A stretch of 64,000 bases of DNA from Paramoeba atlantica (taxonomy: Eukaryota; Protista; Discosea): the NCBI GenBank assembly GCA_977017575.1, contig CDRNVI010000144.1:248001-312000 (forward strand), written 5' to 3'. Both the position numbers and the translations under genes were made by a program. Below are positions 13,001 through 27,534 of this stretch, piece after piece (within the stretch, counting starts at the first letter, position 1; each line of letters opens with the position of its first letter). Under the pieces are notes generated by a model. It saw only the letters and a program-made list of their open reading frames with translations. It ran no database searches and was not told the DNA's origin.

Positions 13001-14939
13001 TGTCTTTGACATTTGTGAGCGAGATTTCGGGAGGCTGTGGTGCAGGTTTCCAGTGTTGCCAGAACTGTAGGAGAAAGGCTATTCTCCCTGTGCTACTTGC
13101 GATTCAAGAGAAGGGGGACGATATCTCATCTTGCTTTGTTTGTTGAGCATTTTTGAAATCTGAGGAGAGAATGGGAGTAAGGTCTTAGTTTTTCTGTTGG
13201 CCACCAAAGAAGTGGTTGATTCCAAGTCCAAGGAGGTCATGAGCTCTGCATGTTTGGAGGGAGCTTGTTCTTGCACAATCCAAGTTTCTGAAGTGGGGGA
13301 CAGTTAAGACTATATCTTCAAAGGAGCCATTTTCGAAGAGTTCAAGGATAAGGGAGAGGGAGGGAGGAGTTTGTTGAAAAGAAGGTGGGCCATGAGAAGA
13401 AGGGTGGTGGGAAAGTTGTTGGGGAGGGGGAGCAAGAGGGGAGTGAGAGGGGGTGTGGGAAGAGAGGTGGTGAGGTGGGCTTGGGGGGGGGGCAAATGAG
13501 GTGGATGGGAAGGAGGGTGGAGAGGTGTGTGAGGTGAGGGGTGAGATGGGGGAGGAGGAAAAGGGGTGATGGGATGGTTTTCTGTGCTGTTTTGGCATTG
13601 TGTTGAACAATAATGCATTTGGCAGTGGTTACAGGAGATGTGGGAGCCAACTTCTGCTGCTGGAGGGATTGAGATCAGGATTAAGATTGAGATGAAGAGT
13701 GGGATAGGGAGTGGGGGAGGGGAGTGGGGAGGGAGGGGGGGAGGGAAGTGGGGAGGGAGGGTGGGAGGGAATTGGGGAGGGAAGGTGGGAGGGGGGATTG
13801 GAGGGAGAGCAGGGAGGGGAGGTTAGGGATGGGAGAGGTTGGGGGGGGGGGGGAGGAAGAGGGTGACAGAGAGTTTGTGACTTCCTGTGGTGGGAAAAGG
13901 AGCAGAATGTAAGGAGGCACTTCTTGCATCAGGAGACTATTACTTTTTGGTGTTGGCCTCTGCATCTTCAGTACAAGCAATTGCCAAGGAATTTTGGAGG
14001 ATGTGAAGTTGTCTTCTGGGCCTGAGGATTGTCCATTCAATTTAGTTCTTTTTCTCTTTCTTTTCTGTTTCTTTCATTCTTTTCTTTTTCTGATTTTTCT
14101 CTTTCTTCCTCTTTTTTTCCATTCTTTTTCCTTCCTGTTTTTTTTCCTTCTCTATTTTCTTTTTCTTTTCGTTCTCTTCCTTTCTTTTCTCTCTTTCTTC
14201 ATTGTTTCTGCTCCTGCTCTCTCACTTTTTTGGGGTTCTCTTTGTCTTTTTCCTTCCTTTTCTCTTTCTCTGACCTCTTCTTTTTTTCCTTCTTTTTCTT
14301 TTTCTTGCTCTCCTTCTTGGCTGCAACTCTTTTCTGAGTGAAGTTTTGGGAACCAAAAGTTTTCTGTGCTATCTGGTTTGAGGGTGCCCAGGATCAAGAG
14401 GCATGGCCGTGGCAATCTCGAAAATCTTTTGTTACATCAGGGGTGGGGAGCAGAGCTTTTGAAGGTGGGGTTTGAGAGGAAGAGGGAAGAGTGGGTATTG
14501 ATTCAGATGAAGTGGGAAGTGATTGGTGGTGTGGTTGGTTTGTGGTTTGTTGTTTGTTGTTTTTCAAGGGGGAAAAAGTCTTTTTTTTTTCCTCTTTTTT
14601 TCTTTTCTTTTTCTTTTGAAATCTCTTTTTTTTTTCCTTTCCTCCCCCCCCTCCTTTTTTTTTTTTTGTCTTTTTGTCTTTTTCACTTTGTTTTTGTTTT
14701 TCTTTTCTTTCTCTTTCATTCTTCTTCTCTCTTTTGGGATTTTTGAATTCTTTGTTTTTCTTTTGTCTTTCCTTTCTCCCTTTCTCACCACCATTCTTTC
14801 TCTCTTTCTAGAGTGCAAACATGCCCAAAGTTGTGCAGGTAGCACCATAACAAAGACTTTTTTCTTTTTTTGTTCTTTTGTTTTGGAGTTGAATCATTCT
14901 AGCCCTTGAAATTGCTCAAAAAAATTGTTGTACAACTTT

Positions 14940-17780
14940 GATTAAGGCAGGTATTTCTTTCAATCCCCAAAATTCTTTTGGATTTTGAATTCAAAGACCC
15001 TCTTCTTGAAACTGATCTTTTTTTTTTTTTGAAAAAAAGGCTCATGAAACCCATAAAGAAGCAATTCTTGAAAGTAGTGCAGGCTGAGTGTGAATATTGT
15101 CAAGGACCAGACTACAAAGCAATGACTTATGCTGGACCATTCATTGCTGTTCCTTCCTTGTTTGAGGAGAAATGGTGAAGACAATTAGAAAAGGCTTTAG
15201 ACTGAAAAATTATTAGAGAAGGACTGACCTTCTGGAACCAGTGATTGAAACACTGAAAATTGCAAATTGTTGTTGAACATTTTGTTTTGAATGAAAATGG
15301 TTGTTTTTCTTTATTGGCCCCCAAATTCTTTGATAAAGTTGGGCAATCTGCTTTTGTGGAAGTGGTGGGGAATTTTCTGGTGGTTTATGAAGTGGTCATG
15401 ATTGAAACAAGGAAAGCCAACCTGCTTGTGGTTATTTTATTTGCTGCCCACCACACATCAAAGTGTTGGATGACCTTGATCTTTTTGTTGATAAAGTTCA
15501 TCATTTGATTGATCTTCCTGAGGAAATTTCATTTCATGACCTCCTTGCTTGCAAAGAAGACTGAGGAGGATGAGGAGAATGATGAAAAAGGAAAAGAAGA
15601 AGAGGAGGAGTGGGTAAGAACTCTTGAACTTGGTGCTGGTGGATTGCAATTCTCTTTCTTCCCTTGATATGGCCCAGAGAAATATTTCTCCTACAATTTG
15701 AGAATTTTTCTGAATTTTTTTGAAAAAAGACCCTACTCTTCCATCACCAACCACAATCCAATGTGGTCTATTCCCTGGTTTTTTTGAAAGGATTATTCCC
15801 TACAAAAATATCAAAAAAGCCCTCTTTTTTTGGCTGCTTTTTGGCTGTGATGGTTTTGGTGAAAAAGAAACAAAGAGAGAAAATTGTTTTGCTGCTGGGG
15901 AAGGTTGCCTCCAAACCTCTCTCTTTCTCGAATATAAAATGGATCGTTGAAACAAAGCTTTCAAAGAACCTACTTGCTGAGTTGATTGAGTTTCTGAAAA
16001 GGCAAGAGGATATAACGAAACTGTGGAATCTTGAACAGCCGAGAGGGTTCACCGAGAAGATGATCACTCTCTGCCTTTTCAAGGACCTTGAAGGGGTTGG
16101 TTATTCGTGGATTGAAAAGAATGTTAAATTTACTTTTGCTTTCCATGCAAAATGTTTGGCCCACAACACAAAGTTGATCCACTGTCTTCTTCTTCGTTGG
16201 GCAGTTCCTCAGATCAAAAATGAGGGGTGACAAAGTTGGGATGAACGAGCAAAGAATTTTTCCAAAAGAAGGGGATTGAAGAAAGTAAATCTTTCTCTTG
16301 ATTCAGTGGACTTCTGATTATCCAAAAAACGGTCCACTTCCAAAAAGAGTCGAGCCTGGAGTTACAAGGCAAATGGCCCTGCCCAGAGGTTTCAATTTCT
16401 CTCTGATGGAAATGAGATTGTCCAAAGGATTTGAGGTGGATACAGTCTGAAAGTGTATGATGGGGAGTGGGTGAAACTTGTTAAATGGGACCTGATTGAT
16501 AATTTTAAGGGGGCTCATATCATTGCTGATACTCATTATGAAACAGCCAACAAAACTCTTAAAGTAGTAAATGGTGAACATAATGTCAAGTTTTATACCC
16601 CAGTTGCCAAACCTCGAGGAGGGAAAAGAAAAGTTGATCCCCATTTTCCTCCTGATTTATCTTAAGGAGCAGCAGTTCTGACTGAAAAACAAGAGAAGTG
16701 GAACAAAAATGTGAGTCACCTCTGAGCTTGAGCAGAGACTCCTTTTGGTTTGGTACAGAACAGATGGAAGGCACTGGGGGAGATATTTTGGGAGGATGAA
16801 GAACAACAGATGTACGTTGTATACTTGGCAGTTGGGGTCCACAACTACCTCAAAAGAAATAAAAAAAAATAAATTTCATTTTTTTCTCTTTTTTCTCACA
16901 GCCAAAAAAGTGGTTTTGAAAAAGGGGAATTTTTGATGTTTTTCTAGGGAATAATTCCTTCAAAAAAACCAGGGAATAGGCCACAATAGATTTGTTGTGA
17001 AGGCAGCATCCAATTAAAATTAGAAGCACTACTATGAGTCCAAGAATAAAAATCCTCAACTCTCTTTCATGATGGAAGTTCATCACAAGGACAAAATCTT
17101 CTTTTTGTTGAAATCCAGGGCAAAGGTAGGCATGTTAATTTAGGTATTTGAAAAACAGTTGATCATGATGCCCTGTCAATTGCAAAGGATATTTTTTCTC
17201 TTTTAAATGGTCTTCAAAATCTAACAAAGAAATTTCCTAAAACTTAGTTCTTTTCAGATTCTTTGAACCTCTCTTCCTTTGGATCTGTGATGGAGGATCA
17301 TACTCCTTCAAACCCAGCAACAGTTGGAAAATTGAGTTAAATGATTGGAAAAATCCTTCAGATTCTTGGTTGCCATGTCCATAAATGTGATCTTGTTGAA
17401 GAAGCTTTTTGAAAGGCTTGAATCAAAAACCTGTCTTCTTGAGTTGAACAGGTTGTTGATGATGATAGTTTTGATTGTGGTGGTGGATCTGACTTATTGA
17501 TGAAGGCTCCAATAAGAGTGAAAAATATTCACTCTTTTTCACACTTTCTGTATCAACTTGGAAAACTTGCACTGACTTCATTAAACAAGTATGGGCATTC
17601 TGAAAAATTTCAGGTCTGGACAGCACAACATAATTTTATCCACCATCACCTCACACCTCTTCACTCAAATCAGTTTTTAGTTTATTCATACAATAGTTTG
17701 ACTTGTTATCAAGACTTACACTATTATGAAATGTTTATGGGAGTTGTTTGCCCTCTTCCACTTGAACATTTGAAATAGAG
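14940..17780 (+). pseudogene. Unidentified decayed coding relic interrupted by the IS5-like element
   Basis: Protein-like complexity in broken plus-strand frames (e.g. 14978-15178, 15260-15508, 17497-17778); no recognisable motif. Confidence 0.3.
15763..16984 (+). mobile_element. Compact IS5/PIF-Harbinger/ISL2EU-superfamily DNA transposon relic (1222 bp)
   Basis: About 55-bp imperfect TIRs GTGG(T/C)CTATTCCCTGGTTTTTTGAA...; 3-bp direct repeat AAT on both flanks (15760-62, 16985-87). Single transposase frame from about 15850 with DSVDF, SYKANGP..GGYSLKVYDG, HIIADTHY and HL*A*AETPFG motifs. Confidence 0.8.
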
Positions 17781-17804
17781 AATGAACAAGAAATTATTAA
17801 AAGT

Positions 17805-20800
17805 GATGTTTTTTATATTAATTTTTTGTAATTTCAATTTCTTAATTATGTTTCCATATTGAATAGAATGTTTTAATTTATTTTTTAATTTTATAATATG
17901 TTTTAAATTTATTTTTCATTTTAAAAATATTTTTTAAGTTGGTTCAATCAAATTTCTTAATTGTTTTGAATTGATGTATTTGATTTATTTTTTATTTTCT
18001 TTTTTTTACATTAATTTTTTGTAATTTCAATTTCTTAATTATGTCTCCATATTGAATGCAATTCCTTAATTTATTTTCTGATTCTCTGATATTTTTAGAA
18101 CTTATATTTCAGATCTATGATATTTTTTAAGTTGGTTCAATCAAATTTCTTAATTGTTTTGAATTGATGTATTTGATTTATTTTTTATTTTCTTTTTTTT
18201 ACATTAATTTTTTGTAATTTCAATTTCTTAATTATGTCTCCATATTGAATGCAATTCCTTAATTTATTTTCTGATTCTCTGATATTTTTAGAACTTATAT
18301 TTCAGATCTATGATATTTTTTAAGTTGGTTCAATCAAATTTCTTAATTGTTTTGAATTGATGTATTTGATTTATTTTTTATTTTCTTTTTTTTACATTAA
18401 TTTTTTGTAATTTCAATTTCTTAATTATGTCTCCATATTGAATGCAATTCCTTAATTTATTTTCTGATTCTCTGATATTTTTAGAACTTATATTTCAGAT
18501 CTATGATATTTTTTAAGTTGGTTCAATCAAATTTCTTAATTGTTTTGAATTGATGTATTTGATTTATTTTTTATTTTCTTTTTTTTACATTAATTTTTTG
18601 TAATTTCAATTTCTTAATTATGTCTCCATATTGAATGCAATTCCTTAATTTATTTTCTGATTCTCTGATATTTTTAGAACTTATATTTCAGATCTATGAT
18701 ATTTTTTAAGTTGGTTCAATCAAATTTCTTAATTGTTTTGAATTGATGTATTTGATTTATTTTTTATTTTCTTTTTTTTACATTAATTTTTTGTAATTTC
18801 AATTTCTTAATTATGTCTCCATATTGAATGCAATTCCTTAATTTATTTTCTGATTCTCTGATATTTTTAGAACTTATATTTCAGATCTATGATATTTTTT
18901 AAGTTGGTTCAATCAAATTTCTTAATTGTTTTGAATTGATGTATTTGATTTATTTTTTATTTTCTTTTTTTTACATTAATTTTTTGTAATTTCAATTTCT
19001 TAATTATGTCTCCATATTGAATGCAATTCCTTAATTTATTTTCTGATTCTCTGATATTTTTAGAACTTATATTTCAGATCTATGATATTTTTTAAGTTGG
19101 TTCAATCAAATTTCTTAATTGTTTTGAATTGATGTATTTGATTTATTTTTTATTTTCTTTTTTTTACATTAATTTTTTGTAATTTCAATTTCTTAATTAT
19201 GTCTCCATATTGAATGCAATTCCTTAATTTATTTTCTGATTCTCTGATATTTTTAGAACTTATATTTCAGATCTATGATATTTTTTAAGTTGGTTCAATC
19301 AAATTTCTTAATTGTTTTGAATTGATGTATTTGATTTATTTTTTATTTTCTTTTTTTTACATTAATTTTTTGTAATTTCAATTTCTTAATTATGTCTCCA
19401 TATTGAATGCAATTCCTTAATTTATTTTCTGATTCTCTGATATTTTTAGAACTTATATTTCAGATCTATGATATTTTTTAAGTTGGTTCAATCAAATTTC
19501 TTAATTGTTTTGAATTGATGTATTTGATTTATTTTTTATTTTCTTTTTTTTACATTAATTTTTTGTAATTTCAATTTCTTAATTATGTCTCCATATTGAA
19601 TGCAATTCCTTAATTTATTTTCTGATTCTCTGATATTTTTAGAACTTATATTTCAGATCTATGATATTTTTTAAGTTGGTTCAATCAAATTTCTTAATTG
19701 TTTTGAATTGATGTATTTGATTTATTTTTTATTTTCTTTTTTTTACATTAATTTTTTGTAATTTCAATTTCTTAATTATGTCTCCATATTGAATGCAATT
19801 CCTTAATTTATTTTCTGATTCTCTGATATTTTTAGAACTTATATTTCAGATCTATGATATTTTTTAAGTTGGTTCAATCAAATTTCTTAATTGTTTTGAA
19901 TTGATGTATTTGATTTATTTTTTATTTTCTTTTTTTTACATTAATTTTTTGTAATTTCAATTTCTTAATTATGTCTCCATATTGAATGCAATTCCTTAAT
20001 TTATTTTCTGATTCTCTGATATTTTTAGAACTTATATTTCAGATCTATGATATTTTTTAAGTTGGTTCAATCAAATTTCTTAATTGTTTTGAATTGATGT
20101 ATTTGATTTATTTTTTATTTTCTTTTTTTTACATTAATTTTTTGTAATTTCAATTTCTTAATTATGTCTCCATATTGAATGCAATTCCTTAATTTATTTT
20201 CTGATTCTCTGATATTTTTAGAACTTATATTTCAGATCTATGATATTTTTTAAGTTGGTTCAATCAAATTTCTTAATTGTTTTGAATTGATGTATTTGAT
20301 TTATTTTTTATTTTCTTTTTTTTACATTAATTTTTTGTAATTTCAATTTCTTAATTATGTCTCCATATTGAATGCAATTCCTTAATTTATTTTCTGATTC
20401 TCTGATATTTTTAGAACTTATATTTCAGATCTATGATATTTTTTAAGTTGGTTCAATCAAATTTCTTAATTGTTTTGAATTGATGTATTTGATTTATTTT
20501 TTATTTTCTTTTTTTTACATTAATTTTTTGTAATTTCAATTTCTTAATTATGTCTCCATATTGAATGCAATTCCTTAATTTATTTTCTGATTCTCTGATA
20601 TTTTTAGAACTTATATTTCAGATCTATGATATTTTTTAAGTTGGTTCAATCAAATTTCTTAATTGTTTTGAATTGATGTATTTGATTTATTTTTTATTTT
20701 CTTTTTTTTACATTAATTTTTTGTAATTTCAATTTCTTAATTATGTCTCCATATTGAATGCAATTCCTTAATTTATTTTCTGATTCTCTGATATTTTTAG

Positions 20801-23800
20801 AACTTATATTTCAGATCTATGATATTTTTTAAGTTGGTTCAATCAAATTTCTTAATTGTTTTGAATTGATGTATTTGATTTATTTTTTATTTTCTTTTTT
20901 TTACATTAATTTTTTGTAATTTCAATTTCTTAATTATGTCTCCATATTGAATGCAATTCCTTAATTTATTTTCTGATTCTCTGATATTTTTAGAACTTAT
21001 ATTTCAGATCTATGATATTTTTTAAGTTGGTTCAATCAAATTTCTTAATTGTTTTGAATTGATGTATTTGATTTATTTTTTATTTTCTTTTTTTTACATT
21101 AATTTTTTGTAATTTCAATTTCTTAATTATGTCTCCATATTGAATGCAATTCCTTAATTTATTTTCTGATTCTCTGATATTTTTAGAACTTATATTTCAG
21201 ATCTATGATATTTTTTAAGTTGGTTCAATCAAATTTCTTAATTGTTTTGAATTGATGTATTTGATTTATTTTTTATTTTCTTTTTTTTACATTAATTTTT
21301 TGTAATTTCAATTTCTTAATTATGTCTCCATATTGAATGCAATTCCTTAATTTATTTTCTGATTCTCTGATATTTTTAGAACTTATATTTCAGATCTATG
21401 ATATTTTTTAAGTTGGTTCAATCAAATTTCTTAATTGTTTTGAATTGATGTATTTGATTTATTTTTTATTTTCTTTTTTTTACATTAATTTTTTGTAATT
21501 TCAATTTCTTAATTATGTCTCCATATTGAATGCAATTCCTTAATTTATTTTCTGATTCTCTGATATTTTTAGAACTTATATTTCAGATCTATGATATTTT
21601 TTAAGTTGGTTCAATCAAATTTCTTAATTGTTTTGAATTGATGTATTTGATTTATTTTTTATTTTCTTTTTTTTACATTAATTTTTTGTAATTTCAATTT
21701 CTTAATTATGTCTCCATATTGAATGCAATTCCTTAATTTATTTTCTGATTCTCTGATATTTTTAGAACTTATATTTCAGATCTATGATATTTTTTAAGTT
21801 GGTTCAATCAAATTTCTTAATTGTTTTGAATTGATGTATTTGATTTATTTTTTATTTTCTTTTTTTTACATTAATTTTTTGTAATTTCAATTTCTTAATT
21901 ATGTCTCCATATTGAATGCAATTCCTTAATTTATTTTCTGATTCTCTGATATTTTTAGAACTTATATTTCAGATCTATGATATTTTTTAAGTTGGTTCAA
22001 TCAAATTTCTTAATTGTTTTGAATTGATGTATTTGATTTATTTTTTATTTTCTTTTTTTTACATTAATTTTTTGTAATTTCAATTTCTTAATTATGTCTC
22101 CATATTGAATGCAATTCCTTAATTTATTTTCTGATTCTCTGATATTTTTAGAACTTATATTTCAGATCTATGATATTTTTTAAGTTGGTTCAATCAAATT
22201 TCTTAATTGTTTTGAATTGATGTATTTGATTTATTTTTTATTTTCTTTTTTTTACATTAATTTTTTGTAATTTCAATTTCTTAATTATGTCTCCATATTG
22301 AATGCAATTCCTTAATTTATTTTCTGATTCTCTGATATTTTTAGAACTTATATTTCAGATCTATGATATTTTTTAAGTTGGTTCAATCAAATTTCTTAAT
22401 TGTTTTGAATTGATGTATTTGATTTATTTTTTATTTTCTTTTTTTTACATTAATTTTTTGTAATTTCAATTTCTTAATTATGTCTCCATATTGAATGCAA
22501 TTCCTTAATTTATTTTCTGATTCTCTGATATTTTTAGAACTTATATTTCAGATCTATGATATTTTTTAAGTTGGTTCAATCAAATTTCTTAATTGTTTTG
22601 AATTGATGTATTTGATTTATTTTTTATTTTCTTTTTTTTACATTAATTTTTTGTAATTTCAATTTCTTAATTATGTCTCCATATTGAATGCAATTCCTTA
22701 ATTTATTTTCTGATTCTCTGATATTTTTAGAACTTATATTTCAGATCTATGATATTTTTTAAGTTGGTTCAATCAAATTTCTTAATTGTTTTGAATTGAT
22801 GTATTTGATTTATTTTTTATTTTCTTTTTTTTACATTAATTTTTTGTAATTTCAATTTCTTAATTATGTCTCCATATTGAATGCAATTCCTTAATTTATT
22901 TTCTGATTCTCTGATATTTTTAGAACTTATATTTCAGATCTATGATATTTTTTAAGTTGGTTCAATCAAATTTCTTAATTGTTTTGAATTGATGTATTTG
23001 ATTTATTTTTTATTTTCTTTTTTTTACATTAATTTTTTGTAATTTCAATTTCTTAATTATGTCTCCATATTGAATGCAATTCCTTAATTTATTTTCTGAT
23101 TCTCTGATATTTTTAGAACTTATATTTCAGATCTATGATATTTTTTAAGTTGGTTCAATCAAATTTCTTAATTGTTTTGAATTGATGTATTTGATTTATT
23201 TTTTATTTTCTTTTTTTTACATTAATTTTTTGTAATTTCAATTTCTTAATTATGTCTCCATATTGAATGCAATTCCTTAATTTATTTTCTGATTCTCTGA
23301 TATTTTTAGAACTTATATTTCAGATCTATGATATTTTTTAAGTTGGTTCAATCAAATTTCTTAATTGTTTTGAATTGATGTATTTGATTTATTTTTTATT
23401 TTCTTTTTTTTACATTAATTTTTTGTAATTTCAATTTCTTAATTATGTCTCCATATTGAATGCAATTCCTTAATTTATTTTCTGATTCTCTGATATTTTT
23501 AGAACTTATATTTCAGATCTATGATATTTTTTAAGTTGGTTCAATCAAATTTCTTAATTGTTTTGAATTGATGTATTTGATTTATTTTTTATTTTCTTTT
23601 TTTTACATTAATTTTTTGTAATTTCAATTTCTTAATTATGTCTCCATATTGAATGCAATTCCTTAATTTATTTTCTGATTCTCTGATATTTTTAGAACTT
23701 ATATTTCAGATCTATGATATTTTTTAAGTTGGTTCAATCAAATTTCTTAATTGTTTTGAATTGATGTATTTGATTTATTTTTTATTTTCTTTTTTTTACA

Positions 23801-26496
23801 TTAATTTTTTGTAATTTCAATTTCTTAATTATGTCTCCATATTGAATGCAATTCCTTAATTTATTTTCTGATTCTCTGATATTTTTAGAACTTATATTTC
23901 AGATCTATGATATTTTTTAAGTTGGTTCAATCAAATTTCTTAATTGTTTTGAATTGATGTATTTGATTTATTTTTTATTTTCTTTTTTTTACATTAATTT
24001 TTTGTAATTTCAATTTCTTAATTATGTCTCCATATTGAATGCAATTCCTTAATTTATTTTCTGATTCTCTGATATTTTTAGAACTTATATTTCAGATCTA
24101 TGATATTTTTTAAGTTGGTTCAATCAAATTTCTTAATTGTTTTGAATTGATGTATTTGATTTATTTTTTATTTTCTTTTTTTTACATTAATTTTTTGTAA
24201 TTTCAATTTCTTAATTATGTCTCCATATTGAATGCAATTCCTTAATTTATTTTCTGATTCTCTGATATTTTTAGAACTTATATTTCAGATCTATGATATT
24301 TTTTAAGTTGGTTCAATCAAATTTCTTAATTGTTTTGAATTGATGTATTTGATTTATTTTTTATTTTCTTTTTTTTACATTAATTTTTTGTAATTTCAAT
24401 TTCTTAATTATGTCTCCATATTGAATGCAATTCCTTAATTTATTTTCTGATTCTCTGATATTTTTAGAACTTATATTTCAGATCTATGATATTTTTTAAG
24501 TTGGTTCAATCAAATTTCTTAATTGTTTTGAATTGATGTATTTGATTTATTTTTTATTTTCTTTTTTTTACATTAATTTTTTGTAATTTCAATTTCTTAA
24601 TTATGTCTCCATATTGAATGCAATTCCTTAATTTATTTTCTGATTCTCTGATATTTTTAGAACTTATATTTCAGATCTATGATATTTTTTAAGTTGGTTC
24701 AATCAAATTTCTTAATTGTTTTGAATTGATGTATTTGATTTATTTTTTATTTTCTTTTTTTTACATTAATTTTTTGTAATTTCAATTTCTTAATTATGTC
24801 TCCATATTGAATGCAATTCCTTAATTTATTTTCTGATTCTCTGATATTTTTAGAACTTATATTTCAGATCTATGATATTTTTTAAGTTGGTTCAATCAAA
24901 TTTCTTAATTGTTTTGAATTGATGTATTTGATTTATTTTTTATTTTCTTTTTTTTACATTAATTTTTTGTAATTTCAATTTCTTAATTATGTCTCCATAT
25001 TGAATGCAATTCCTTAATTTATTTTCTGATTCTCTGATATTTTTAGAACTTATATTTCAGATCTATGATATTTTTTAAGTTGGTTCAATCAAATTTCTTA
25101 ATTGTTTTGAATTGATGTATTTGATTTATTTTTTATTTTCTTTTTTTTACATTAATTTTTTGTAATTTCAATTTCTTAATTATGTCTCCATATTGAATGC
25201 AATTCCTTAATTTATTTTCTGATTCTCTGATATTTTTAGAACTTATATTTCAGATCTATGATATTTTTTAAGTTGGTTCAATCAAATTTCTTAATTGTTT
25301 TGAATTGATGTATTTGATTTATTTTTTATTTTCTTTTTTTTACATTAATTTTTTGTAATTTCAATTTCTTAATTATGTCTCCATATTGAATGCAATTCCT
25401 TAATTTATTTTCTGATTCTCTGATATTTTTAGAACTTATATTTCAGATCTATGATATTTTTTAAGTTGGTTCAATCAAATTTCTTAATTGTTTTGAATTG
25501 ATGTATTTGATTTATTTTTTATTTTCTTTTTTTTACATTAATTTTTTGTAATTTCAATTTCTTAATTATGTCTCCATATTGAATGCAATTCCTTAATTTA
25601 TTTTCTGATTCTCTGATATTTTTAGAACTTATATTTCAGATCTATGATATTTTTTAAGTTGGTTCAATCAAATTTCTTAATTGTTTTGAATTGATGTATT
25701 TGATTTATTTTTTATTTTCTTTTTTTTACATTAATTTTTTGTAATTTCAATTTCTTAATTATGTCTCCATATTGAATGCAATTCCTTAATTTATTTTCTG
25801 ATTCTCTGATATTTTTAGAACTTATATTTCAGATCTATGATATTTTTTAAGTTGGTTCAATCAAATTTCTTAATTGTTTTGAATTGATGTATTTGATTTA
25901 TTTTTTATTTTCTTTTTTTTACATTAATTTTTTGTAATTTCAATTTCTTAATTATGTCTCCATATTGAATGCAATTCCTTAATTTATTTTCTGATTCTCT
26001 GATATTTTTAGAACTTATATTTCAGATCTATGATATTTTTTAAGTTGGTTCAATCAAATTTCTTAATTGTTTTGAATTGATGTATTTGATTTATTTTTTA
26101 TTTTCTTTTTTTTACATTAATTTTTTGTAATTTCAATTTCTTAATTATGTCTCCATATTGAATGCAATTCCTTAATTTATTTTCTGATTCTCTGATATTT
26201 TTAGAACTTATATTTCAGATCTATGATATTTTTTAAGTTGGTTCAATCAAATTTCTTAATTGTTTTGAATTGATGTATTTGATTTATTTTTTATTTTCTT
26301 TTTTTTACATTAATTTTTTGTAATTTCAATTTCTTAATTATGTCTCCATATTGAATGCAATTCCTTAATTTATTTTCTGATTCTCTGATATTTTTAGAAC
26401 TTATATTTCAGATCTATGATATTTTTTAAGTTGGTTCAATCAAATTTCTTAATTGTTTTGAATTGATGTATTTGATTTATTTTTTATTTTCTTTTT
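17805..26496. repeat. Tandem satellite, 193-bp unit, about 45 copies, ~81% AT
   Basis: Anchor GGTTCAATC at 17941, 18134, 18327, 18520 ... 26433: exactly 44 x 193. Degenerate first unit at 17805-17930. Confidence 0.98.
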
Positions 26497-27534
26497 ATCA
26501 AAAATTTTTTTCTCTTTTTTAAATATTTAAAATCTTATTTTTTTAAAAAATATAAAAATCAAATTAAGAAAAATATTTTTTTTTTAACCAAATAAAGAAA
26601 ATTAGTTTTGTTTCTGAAATTGATTTTAGTTTTTTGTTTATTTTTGTTGGTTTTTATTTAATTGCTTCATTTCACCTAAACTCATCTTCAAGAATCTATT
26701 ATCTTCTTTCACACAAAAAAAAAAAAAATCTTTTGTCCTTCTTGTTGAAGTAATTTCATTGTAAAATTTAAAACTTCTAGTTCATGAATACATTCTTTTT
26801 TATGAAACCTTTGAATAAGAAAAGTTAACTCTTTGTTAAACTTTAATAAAGTAATGTTATTGTTTTTATGAAAAATTAATTCTTAATAATCCAAATGAAA
26901 AAGAATGAATAATAACTTTCACAACTGTGAGTTGTTTTTTTCAAATTGACTAACAACAAAACAGAAAACTTTCCAAGACCTGGGGTATCCTGCTTTTTGG
27001 AGTGAAATCAAAGATGTAAAAACACTTTACAAAGATTGAATCTTTTCAAATTGATAAAATTGTTAAATATGTATAAAAATGTAATGGAAACCAAGTTTCA
27101 TTGATCCAAACCACTCTCAAAAATTGGATTAATACCACTTTCTTAAAAGCAATCTTTTTCACCTTGATTTATTCCTTTGTTTAAAGTGAAAAACAACTTT
27201 TTCTTATTGATTCAGAGCCACTTGAGGCAGAGAAGTACAGTTTGTTTGAAGAAAAGCTGAAACAAAATGTAAAAGAATTATAAGAAAAGATTGATGTTGC
27301 TTACTTTCAATTGATCATGAATATTAATGAAACTGATTTTAATTGTAAAAAAGATACTGAAAAACTCAAAGTTGTTTTAATATATAATTGCTTCCATATA
27401 TATTGTTCCTCTTGAAATGAATTCTATATCACTTTAATGCTTATAGTTGGTATTATTGGATGGAGTCTTTCAATTCTTACAATTATCAAAACAATATCCT
27501 TTGTTTCAAACTTAGAGGTGATGTATAATCTCTC

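Larger units (their letters stand above)
9388..14040 (-). mobile_element. Degenerate non-LTR retrotransposon, RLE type (CRE-like); 5-prime end may extend to about 14900
   Basis: Minus strand: Pro-rich/Cys-rich N-terminus, RNase H-like motifs, RT, CCHC knuckle, PD-(D/E)xK nuclease, AATAAA at about 9441-9446, then a 37-nt poly(A) (T-run 9388-9424). Several frameshifts. Confidence 0.88.

Noticed and set aside
17805-26496. Satellite as CRISPR array or coding repeat
   Set aside because: No unique spacers, eukaryotic context and no cas genes; 193 is not a multiple of 3 and all frames contain stops.
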